This document shows positions 48,578 to 56,347 of a DNA stretch of 64,000 bases, in pieces. Each line of letters begins with the position of its first letter. The stretch's first letter is position 1. Under the pieces are notes generated by a model. The model was not told where the DNA came from. It ran no database searches and saw nothing but the letters and a program-made list of their open reading frames with translations. Where the stretch lies: positions 31 through 64,030 of IMG/VR virus record IMGVR_UViG_3300029822_000007; one strand, 5' to 3'. Position numbers and translations under genes: made by a program. The DNA is from a virus.

Positions 48578-49229
48578 TATTTACTCTACTATAAAGCCTA
48601 TTACCTAATACATCTAATAATTCTGTACCCATTAAATTAGTTGTATAAATACTTGCCAACCCATTGTTACAGCGTGTATTAATTATATCATAAAGTGTAG
48701 TATATTCATATTTACTTAAATCAGCTACACCCATATCATCAAAAACAACCAATGGCAAACTATACATATCGTTCATTAATTTTTCAGTGTAGCCGCTATT
48801 ATTTTGTATATTTATACGCATTTTTGTATAAACATTTGTTAAATTTACAAATCTACCTTGTGGCTCTAACTTGCAAACTGGTATTTGTTTTTCTAAAAAT
48901 TTCATAAGCAATTTTATAGCCCATGTTGTTTTACCATTACCAGTATTTTTACTTTGTATTAATAAACTGCCGCCATAGCTCACAAAATCACATATATTAC
49001 TTTTTAGCCTGTTTAATTCTAAGTAAGCCACTTTATCATCTTTTGGTACATCTACTATTAAATGCTCCGGGTACTGCATTTTCTTTGGCACATCACTGGC
49101 ATACGCTAAATAGTGCATTACCATATATCTTAAACAACCCCTGTAGCATTCCCCCGGTTTTTTAAAATCTTTACAAACGCTCTTAAACCAGCATTCATCG
49201 GCGTTAAACTCGTACTTGTACATCACCAT
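48495..49229 (-). CDS. DnaC/IstB-like helicase loader ATPase
   Basis: NTGNGKTT, VVFDDMG, IYTTN, LYSR. Confidence 0.85.
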   Translation of the reverse strand: MVMYKYEFNADECWFKSVCKDFKKPGECYRGCLRYMVMHYLAYASDVPKKMQYPEHLIVDVPKDDKVAYLELNRLKSNICDFVSYGGSLLIQSKNTGNGKTTWAIKLLMKFLEKQIPVCKLEPQGRFVNLTNVYTKMRINIQNNSGYTEKLMNDMYSLPLVVFDDMGVADLSKYEYTTLYDIINTRCNNGLASIYTTNLMGTELLDVLGNRLYSRVNNGEVVTFTSKDRRVNAHERNGRITGTK

Positions 49230-49246
49230 TAACCTCCTTGTTAACT

Positions 49247-49278
49247 ATTATATCAAACAAGTAACCAAAAATTAAAGT
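49247..49278 (-). promoter_or_regulatory. Class-2 promoter motif
   Basis: ACTTTAAT-N15-TGATATAAT. Confidence 0.75.
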
Positions 49279-49405
49279 ACAATTTATATTATTCAATAAA
49301 AATATATTTTAAGGCATTGCACCATAGTTAAAAGCACAATTACCCTAAAAATATATTTTAAAGCTTGTCAGTAGTGCATATACTAAAAATTTAGCTATTT
49401 AAACA

Positions 49406-50281
49406 CTACATCTTTTCCCCAGTTACATCATCATCGGTTGGTGCTGGCTTTGTAGCTGTATGGTAAGTAACCTCTTTGCCAAAATTATCCCATTTACTAA
49501 CTTTTTTAAATACCGGCTCGTTAACATACTTATCAAAATTACTTTCCCTAAACAATGTACTGGGTCTTAAATACTTTGCCATTTTAGGGTCATCATGCCA
49601 TTCTGCAAACTTGTTATCTATAACAAACTTAATATCGTTAACTGTGTACTTATTGGCAAACAATTTTTTAATTAGCCTGCTATTAGTTTCGCTATTTCTA
49701 AAATGGGTACCTAAAACATTATTTAAATAAATTATAATGCCGCCAACTATATCCGGTGTACTAAATAATTTATTATTATGATTTTTAGGTTTGGTCAATG
49801 ATACTGGATTATTTGTTGATTTATTAATAGATTCATTTGTTTTAGTAGAAGACTGATTGTCTATATGATTACTTGAGTAGCGTTTCGCTACGTCTGGGGA
49901 AAGGTCAGATTCTTTAGAAACGTTGATATCATCACATTTATTAGCATCTACATCAAGACATGGCGTTTCGCTATGTCTAACAATGCGATAATACATCTTA
50001 GCAGGTACCCCTAATCGCTTATAATCAACTAAGCCAATCTCCTTTAATTTTTTAAAAGCTCTAATTTGTGCGTCCCTTTTTATAGCGGTGTGTTTTTCTA
50101 TAGCTTCCCTTGTAGTATAAAAATAACCGTCAATCCTTTTTTCTGTAAATATGCTATCTAGATACAACAAATTACTGAAAAGTATAGCAGGTACTACACC
50201 TATATCTTTAGCTAACCCAATATTATAAGTTGCAGTGGTATCTTTATAATTTAGTGATGCATATTTTGTATAATTATACAT
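49406..50281 (-). CDS. Replication initiator (wHTH + conserved phage C-terminal domain); start corrected from 50296
   Basis: N-terminal HTH; IIIYLN...KYLRPSTLFRESNFDKYVN. Confidence 0.85.
   Translation of the reverse strand: MYNYTKYASLNYKDTTATYNIGLAKDIGVVPAILFSNLLYLDSIFTEKRIDGYFYTTREAIEKHTAIKRDAQIRAFKKLKEIGLVDYKRLGVPAKMYYRIVRHSETPCLDVDANKCDDINVSKESDLSPDVAKRYSSNHIDNQSSTKTNESINKSTNNPVSLTKPKNHNNKLFSTPDIVGGIIIYLNNVLGTHFRNSETNSRLIKKLFANKYTVNDIKFVIDNKFAEWHDDPKMAKYLRPSTLFRESNFDKYVNEPVFKKVSKWDNFGKEVTYHTATKPAPTDDDVTGEKM
49880..49978. repeat. Two GCGTTTCGCTA(C/T)GTCT palindromic repeats inside the initiator gene (candidate ori iterons)
   Basis: Copies at 49880-49895 and 49963-49978; partial copy near 49686. 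Confidence 0.55.
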
Positions 50282-50343
50282 AAAATAACCTCCCAATTAT
50301 TTTAAATATTTATGCAGGCTATAAAAATATAATGCCTGCATAA

Positions 50344-50375
50344 ATTATATCATATTTAGTTTAAATCATTAAAGT
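50344..50375 (-). promoter_or_regulatory. Class-2 promoter motif upstream of the initiator
   Basis: ACTTTAAT-N15-TGATATAAT. Confidence 0.7.
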
Positions 50376-50578
50376 TAAAAATTCTTTTGTATATCTTCAA
50401 TTTGTTTTTCTATTTCTTCTACAACTGTATTCCATGCCATCTCTTTAACCTTTTTACTGTTATCATTGTTTTCTAATTCCAATTCTACTGCACAGCCAAC
50501 TTTATGCCATACACCATTTGGTCCACCTGTTTGAAAGCTTGTACCATACTCGCACCTAATACTTTTTAATTTTGCCAT
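50375..50578 (-). CDS. Hypothetical protein (start corrected, MAKLKSIR)
   Basis: GGAGG RBS before ATG at 50578. Confidence 0.6.
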   Translation of the reverse strand: MAKLKSIRCEYGTSFQTGGPNGVWHKVGCAVELELENNDNSKKVKEMAWNTVVEEIEKQIEDIQKNF

Positions 50579-50591
50579 ATTAATAACCTCC

Positions 50592-50813
50592 CTAAAATTT
50601 ATAACCATTGTGCTTTTTAATAGTTTTATTAATTGCCTTTTTCTTTGTTTCAGTTGCATAATAATTTTCAGATAACCATGCACGCCTAGCAGTATTAATT
50701 TCATCTCGTTTAGCTTTTTCTGCTAAATAATCCTCACAGTCTGCATGACATAATAAATGCCTATCTTCACAATTTTGACAACATTTGTTATTCATTTTAT
50801 CACCCCCCCCCAC
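50592..50813 (-). CDS. Small Cys/His zinc-binding-like protein
   Basis: CCQNCEDRHLLCHADCEDY. Confidence 0.6.
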   Translation of the reverse strand: MGGGDKMNNKCCQNCEDRHLLCHADCEDYLAEKAKRDEINTARRAWLSENYYATETKKKAINKTIKKHNGYKF

Positions 50814-50822
50814 AACTGCACT

Positions 50823-51203
50823 TTATTTAGTGTTGGTATATTTACACCTCATAGTTACAACTTTTTTAACATCGTTGCAGTCTGACAGTTTGGCGGCGTC
50901 TATCTTGTGGGTATATATTGCATCCTCCAGTTTGGCTACATCAATAATTTCTTTAGTTGTAATACAATCAGTATAACCCAAATCTTTTAATCGTTGCAAC
51001 ATCTTATCTTCGTTTGGTGTAACTCTTTCTGTTTCACTAATAGTTACCTTAATACCATCTTTGCTTACATATTCACTTATGCCTAATTCTTTAAAGTTAG
51101 TTTTGATATTTTTATTCAATTCCTTAACTTTCTTTTGTAATTCTTTTACCTCTGTGTTATAATTATGATAATCGTTAACCAATGCTTCTAAATCTTTTTT
51201 CAT
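50823..51203 (-). CDS. Hypothetical phage protein
   Basis: ORF track, GGAGG RBS. Confidence 0.65.
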   Translation of the reverse strand: MKKDLEALVNDYHNYNTEVKELQKKVKELNKNIKTNFKELGISEYVSKDGIKVTISETERVTPNEDKMLQRLKDLGYTDCITTKEIIDVAKLEDAIYTHKIDAAKLSDCNDVKKVVTMRCKYTNTK

Positions 51204-51231
51204 GTTTTAACCTCCAATTATTTTTTATTTT

Positions 51232-51257
51232 TAAAGGTGCCAATGATGGTACCTTTA
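51232..51257 (-). terminator. Terminator hairpin
   Basis: TAAAGGTGCCA-4-TGGTACCTTTA. Confidence 0.6.
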
Positions 51258-51265
51258 TTTTTTTA

Positions 51266-51532
51266 TTATTTTTTCTTTGCCTTTAAATAATCACTCATGG
51301 TGCCATAGCTAATATATTTATTGTACCATTTTTCCAGCTGAGGTATATCACTTTCTTTAAAATATCTTGTACCCCTCTTATCAAATCTATAAATGGTAGG
51401 CAATTCACCTAATATTTCTTTGTTGCCAGTAAATTCAGCCCAGCCATACCATGATTTAATAGTTTGAGTAGTTTTATTAATCCTTTTAGCCACCTCACCT
51501 ATTCTTAAATAATTAATATTATCTTTTAACAT
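51266..51532 (-). CDS. MerR/excisionase-like winged HTH protein
   Basis: LRIGEVAKRINKTTQTIKSW...RGTRYF. Confidence 0.75.
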   Translation of the reverse strand: MLKDNINYLRIGEVAKRINKTTQTIKSWYGWAEFTGNKEILGELPTIYRFDKRGTRYFKESDIPQLEKWYNKYISYGTMSDYLKAKKK

Positions 51533-51549
51533 TTTATTTTTCCCCTTTC

Positions 51550-53262
51550 CTATTCAAGTAACCATTCTACAAGTTTATTTTTATTCATTTTATTTACTTT
51601 GCCATCGACAAGTACATCTGAGTATTGACCCTTTTGTTTTACTAACTCATGTACTTTTACATCTATAGTATTATTACATAGTAGTGTAATTATACTAACA
51701 GTACCCTTTGTTCCAATTCTATACGCCCTGTCTTCTGCTTGGTCTTTTAATGCCCTATTCCATGGCTCATCTAAAAATATTACATATGACGCCGCTGTCA
51801 GGGTTAAACCAGTACCCATGGCACCAATAGTTCCAATAATAATTTTACAGCTATCATCATTCTGAAATTTTTGTACTTCATCGTCTATATTTTTAACTTT
51901 GCCAGTTATATAGGCTGGGTTAAACCTAATTAATCTTTTCTTAACTTCCTGTGTAACCTTTTCCCAGTTACTAAATATTATGGACTTTTTTCCATTTGCA
52001 TTTATTGTATCTATTAATTCTTCTAATCTATCTAATTTTGCACTTTCTAAAACACGTTCACTTACTAATCCAGTATAATCTGTTACCTGTCTTAATCTAG
52101 TAAGCTGTGCCAATGGGTTATTCGACGTTGTTATTTTATCTAAATCATCTTTAACTGAGTTTAAAACTGAATTATATATTTTAGTTTGCTTAACTGTCAT
52201 TTCAATAAATTCATCTTGTACAACTTTTGGTGGCAAATCTAATACATCTTCTTTTAAACGCCTAAGCATAACGTTATTTAATTTATGTTTTAGCTTAGCC
52301 AAATTTTTAAATCCTAATACCTCACCTCCACCATAGCCGCCTAAAATACAGTAATATTGTTTAAACTGGTAAAAACTATGAAATTCAACATCTAACCATT
52401 TTAATAAGTTATATAAATCTAGTGGGTAATTCATTAGTGGTGTACCTGTTAATCCTATTTTGTAGTAACTTTTTAAACTGTGTATAGCCTTACCAATGCC
52501 ACCAGCCGGATTTTTACATTTGTGTATTTCATCTATAACAGTCATGCCAATAGTGCCATCTAAGGTCATTGTGCTTAACAAATCTTGTATTTTATCATAT
52601 CTTAAAGTTTCCACATTAGTAATTAAAAAGTAGCAATTTGAATATTGGCTTGTACCATTATAAATTGCTGTTAAATCTTCAAATCTTGTTTTAACACTGC
52701 CAATTTTCAATTTACCCTTTCTGTTTATACCGCTACCTAAAATATGAGCTTTTTCTTTACTGTGTTTACTAACTTCATTTATCCAATTTACCTTTACTGA
52801 GTTAACACCACATACTATTAAACAATATTTAAATTCACCTTTGTGCATACATGCAATATCTATAGCTTCTTTTGTTTTTCCTAAGCCTTGTTCATCTGCT
52901 AATAAAAATTTATTATTATTTATAGCATAATTCATTGCATCTAATTGATGTTGATAAGACTTTGTTTTTGGTTTATATTTACTATACTTACTTACATCTA
53001 CATCATTAAATGTTTTAACGTTATCCGCCTTTTTAAGCAACTTTTTATCTACACTTGCATCAATGTTAACTTCGCCATTAAATAGCCTTATAACATCTAA
53101 ATAATCCCGCTTTGGCACCTCCCATTCATGTGTCTTTGGATTGTAATACCTTGTTTTTAGTTGTTTAACCTTATCTACTAATTCTAAACTATAATCAAAA
53201 CTAATAAACAATGCTCTTTTATTTTTTACTTTAATTGCTTCCTTTTCTTTTATTGTAACCAT
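51550..53262 (-). CDS. SNF2-family (HARP-like) helicase/annealing protein
   Basis: ADEQGLGKT, IDEIH, LTGTP, GLTLTAA, QAEDRAYRIG. Confidence 0.9.
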   Translation of the reverse strand: MVTIKEKEAIKVKNKRALFISFDYSLELVDKVKQLKTRYYNPKTHEWEVPKRDYLDVIRLFNGEVNIDASVDKKLLKKADNVKTFNDVDVSKYSKYKPKTKSYQHQLDAMNYAINNNKFLLADEQGLGKTKEAIDIACMHKGEFKYCLIVCGVNSVKVNWINEVSKHSKEKAHILGSGINRKGKLKIGSVKTRFEDLTAIYNGTSQYSNCYFLITNVETLRYDKIQDLLSTMTLDGTIGMTVIDEIHKCKNPAGGIGKAIHSLKSYYKIGLTGTPLMNYPLDLYNLLKWLDVEFHSFYQFKQYYCILGGYGGGEVLGFKNLAKLKHKLNNVMLRRLKEDVLDLPPKVVQDEFIEMTVKQTKIYNSVLNSVKDDLDKITTSNNPLAQLTRLRQVTDYTGLVSERVLESAKLDRLEELIDTINANGKKSIIFSNWEKVTQEVKKRLIRFNPAYITGKVKNIDDEVQKFQNDDSCKIIIGTIGAMGTGLTLTAASYVIFLDEPWNRALKDQAEDRAYRIGTKGTVSIITLLCNNTIDVKVHELVKQKGQYSDVLVDGKVNKMNKNKLVEWLLE

Positions 53263-53294
53263 AATTATAACCCCCTTCAGTGTATGCTATAAGT

Positions 53295-53942
53295 CTAACG
53301 ACTCATAGCATAATCATAAGCTTCCATTAATATTTTTACTGCAAAACTATAATCATCTGCATTTTTTATTTTAAATATTGCATTTAATGTCCATTTGTAT
53401 TTATCATCTGCTAATTTAATTCTATCAAAATCAGCTTTTTCCAATGCCCTGCAATCAATTCTAATTACTATTGACCTTTTTTGTAATCTTATTTCTGCTA
53501 CATTTCTTTTTATTGCTCTAAGTACAGTGTTATATTTAGTGTATTTAACTTTGCAACCTTTTTGTTCAAATAACTGTACAATGTTTTTATAATAACTTGT
53601 AATTGTGTCATTAGTGGGTAATGGTTTTTTACCAATTTTCTTTGGTGCTGGCAATGCCTTTCTAAATATTTTAGCATCCATTTTACTTTTAAATTCTGCT
53701 AAGTTTAATTCATCAGCCGATGTTAATTCTGTACTTAAACCTAATTCATTAATAACTTCTTCCTTTACAGTAGTTAAATATTTCCACCATCTTTCAACTG
53801 TGCTCATGCTATAGCTTTTTTGTCTATCACCATCAAATTCAAACAAAACCCTGTTATCGTATAATTTTATTATTGTGCCAACCTCTGCACTATCTTTTTT
53901 ATTTTCAAATTTCATTCCAATTTCAAAATTTTCTTTTTTCAT
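53295..53942 (-). CDS. Early two-domain protein; C-terminus resembles DUF5655/YjbR-type domains
   Basis: KYTKYN...RNVAEIRLQKRSIVI...IKNADDY..AVKILMEAY. Confidence 0.5.
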   Translation of the reverse strand: MKKENFEIGMKFENKKDSAEVGTIIKLYDNRVLFEFDGDRQKSYSMSTVERWWKYLTTVKEEVINELGLSTELTSADELNLAEFKSKMDAKIFRKALPAPKKIGKKPLPTNDTITSYYKNIVQLFEQKGCKVKYTKYNTVLRAIKRNVAEIRLQKRSIVIRIDCRALEKADFDRIKLADDKYKWTLNAIFKIKNADDYSFAVKILMEAYDYAMSR

Positions 53943-53976
53943 TTTTTATTTCCTCCCTGCCTTACTTGTTGACATT

Positions 53977-54005
53977 ATTATATAACATTATTATATAATA
54001 TGCAA
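53977..54005 (-). promoter_or_regulatory. Early promoter E6
   Basis: TTGCAT-17-TATAAT. Confidence 0.85.
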
Positions 54006-54043
54006 GTCTTTTCATAAAAAATATTCAAAATATTTTTAAATAA

Positions 54044-54069
54044 AAAAAGCACCCCATCCCCGGGGTGTT
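54044..54069 (-). terminator. Rho-independent terminator
   Basis: CACCCC...GGGGTG followed by CTTTTTTT on the minus strand. Confidence 0.75.
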
Positions 54070-54466
54070 ATTTATTCCACTTTCCATTTTCATATTGGTA
54101 TTGGTAAGTGTTGCCGCTATCTTTAACTTTTACTTGTAATGTTATTGTCTTTACTGCATCATCATTACCATTTAAACTTTTATGCAAACTATTAACAGTT
54201 GTCTTTTTTAGTTGGTTTAATGCACCATTTGTATCCATTGCTGTGTTAAAGTTTAGTAACACATTTAAACTATCATACTTATCATCATATCGATATTGAC
54301 TTGATTCTAATTTTGCTCCTGTAAATGTTTTATTTAATGTTTGCTCATATTGAGTTACGGGTTTAGTCTGTGAAACATCAACAGTTGAGGCACAACCTGC
54401 AAAACTAAGTAAGCTTGCACTAATACAAACACATGTAATTAATTTTTTAATACTATTTCTTTTCAT
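54068..54466 (-). CDS. Lipoprotein
   Basis: Lipobox LSFAGC after a basic and hydrophobic N-terminus. Confidence 0.8.
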   Translation of the reverse strand: MKRNSIKKLITCVCISASLLSFAGCASTVDVSQTKPVTQYEQTLNKTFTGAKLESSQYRYDDKYDSLNVLLNFNTAMDTNGALNQLKKTTVNSLHKSLNGNDDAVKTITLQVKVKDSGNTYQYQYENGKWNK

Positions 54467-54509
54467 AATAAAAACCTCCGTATATTTAATATTTGTTTTA
54501 ACAGTTATT

Positions 54510-54538
54510 ATTATAAAACATTAATATATAATATGCAA
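54510..54538 (-). promoter_or_regulatory. Early promoter E7
   Basis: TTGCAT-17-TATAAT. Confidence 0.8.
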
Positions 54539-54559
54539 GAGGTTTTTTTAAATTATTTT

Positions 54560-54979
54560 TTATTTATTTGTTTTTGGTAAATCATATACAGCCGCTTGTA
54601 TATAATCATCTATAAGTTTCTTTTGATTATCAGTAGGTGTAATTTTTAATTCTGCTAATAAAGCATACACCGTACTTTGAGCTGATTTAAACTTCTCATC
54701 GTTTGTTGTTAGGCTACCAATGCCACCCAACTGCTCAGCTGTTTTAGCACCAACCAACGCACCATTTTTAATTGTTTCTATTATAGTGGCACCTTTATTA
54801 ATTGCCGGTATTTCCTTTGCTAAATCAATTAAAGGGTCGCTTGCACTTATAACAGATTCTGCTTTAGTTGCTAATTTTTCTATATCAATGTTCTTTTTCT
54901 TTAATATGGGTACTACCCATATAGATACAGCTATAACGCCTAACACTAATGCTAAAATTATCGCTAATTGTTCATTCAT
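54560..54979 (-). CDS. LL-H-type holin-like membrane protein
   Basis: Single N-terminal TM helix; TAEQ...EKF..A...IQAAV pattern. Confidence 0.6.
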   Translation of the reverse strand: MNEQLAIILALVLGVIAVSIWVVPILKKKNIDIEKLATKAESVISASDPLIDLAKEIPAINKGATIIETIKNGALVGAKTAEQLGGIGSLTTNDEKFKSAQSTVYALLAELKITPTDNQKKLIDDYIQAAVYDLPKTNK

Positions 54980-54991
54980 TTTATAATCCTC

Positions 54992-55816
54992 CTATTTTAA
55001 ATTTTTAATATAATCCAATACAGCTTGCATTGTTGCATATCTAGTTGAACCTGTTATTAAAGTTTTAAGATAAGATGTGTACTGTTCTTTGTTTCCACCA
55101 ACTGCATATACATTTTTAACATTACTATAATCAAATTTCCTAGCATTGTTAATAGTTGGACATGCCAATCTATCTGCTAAATATTCTGCCGCTCTTTGGT
55201 CTGCACCATCATTATAAACTACTAAATTTTCCACTTCATCTTCCCCCTTAATATATTTTATAAATTCATCAGTTATATAGCTAAAGTCAATATAGCCACT
55301 AATGCCACTAACTTGTCCCTTTTCCGTAAACTGCCACATTGCATATTTTGTCCAAAGTGTGAAAGCTGGTGTGGCTACACCATAATTAGCAATCCACAAT
55401 GGATAAGCACATATTTTAGAATTTAAGTGTTCTTTTATAAAACTTGGGTTACAATATACAACGCATCTAAATTTTTTAGCCACAATATTTAAAAATGCTA
55501 AACATGCCTCAGTAATATCACCGGTGCATGGCTGTTCTAAATCTAGCACTACAAAATCCGGTGTGGTGCCTGCAATACAACTTAAAAAGAAGTTTGCTTC
55601 TTGTTGTGCTTTAGCTATAGTAGTAAAGTTAGCAAAATGATATGCACCAGTTATTTTTCCTTGAGCTTTAGTATTTGTATAGTTTTGTTTATAATACTTA
55701 TCTACAAATGTGCCGCCCTCTGATGCTTTGGCAATAATGCCTATATAACCTAAATTAAATAGTAGCTTTACATCTACATTACCATTTAAATTACTTATGT
55801 CTGCTATTTTCTTCAT
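54992..55816 (-). CDS. GH25 endolysin, CTP1L-like (274 aa)
   Basis: DIS...KASEG...GAYHF...LDLE; near-identical from memory to phiCTP1 CTP1L, including V195. Confidence 0.95.
   Translation of the reverse strand: MKKIADISNLNGNVDVKLLFNLGYIGIIAKASEGGTFVDKYYKQNYTNTKAQGKITGAYHFANFTTIAKAQQEANFFLSCIAGTTPDFVVLDLEQPCTGDITEACLAFLNIVAKKFRCVVYCNPSFIKEHLNSKICAYPLWIANYGVATPAFTLWTKYAMWQFTEKGQVSGISGYIDFSYITDEFIKYIKGEDEVENLVVYNDGADQRAAEYLADRLACPTINNARKFDYSNVKNVYAVGGNKEQYTSYLKTLITGSTRYATMQAVLDYIKNLK
55234..55250 (-). promoter_or_regulatory. Internal RBS and GTG start (codon 195) for the endolysin cell-wall-binding domain
   Basis: AAGGGGG-8 nt-GTG at 55234; (55816-55234)/3+1=195. Confidence 0.85.
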
Positions 55817-56231
55817 CTTTATTCTCCTCCTTATTCTTTTTAATTCCTTGTAATTGTTCTAATGCATCTACCAGTTTTTGTGGCACTGGTAATCCACTCT
55901 TGCCACAATTTTCTATTATTGATATTCCTTCGTTTGCAATATAATAATAACACACTAGGGTTCTAAAAATCCAGTCACCACTATTTATTAATCGGTCTAA
56001 AAGTGTTGCCACTATAAGGATAATAAGGATTTCAGATTTTTTCAATAACCCTTTAAATCCCGTTTGGGAGTTTACTGTTTTTGTTGTAAATGCTTTTACC
56101 AATCCGGAAATATAATCCAGTAGTATAAATACTGCTAATATTTCTAAGCTCATGTCCCAACCCCCAAATAAAAATGTCAATAATGCACCTGTAATCCCTA
56201 CTTGTAAACAGTGTATATTTAGTTTGTCCAT
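55791..56231 (-). CDS. Holin (toxin secretion/phage lysis family)
   Basis: TM helices, LDYISG...ANEGISIIEN...GLPVP. Confidence 0.85.
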   Translation of the reverse strand: MDKLNIHCLQVGITGALLTFLFGGWDMSLEILAVFILLDYISGLVKAFTTKTVNSQTGFKGLLKKSEILIILIVATLLDRLINSGDWIFRTLVCYYYIANEGISIIENCGKSGLPVPQKLVDALEQLQGIKKNKEENKDEENSRHK

Positions 56232-56262
56232 AATATCACCACCTTCGGACTACACTAATAAA

Positions 56263-56289
56263 AATAAAGGAGGCTTGCCCTCCTTTATT
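56263..56289. terminator. Hairpin between tail gene and holin
   Basis: AATAAAGGAGG-5-CCTCCTTTATT. Confidence 0.6.
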
Positions 56290-56347
56290 CATTATAATAT
56301 ATTATGCAAAAATGATAAATCCTTAATTTATTAACTGTTTATAAAAT

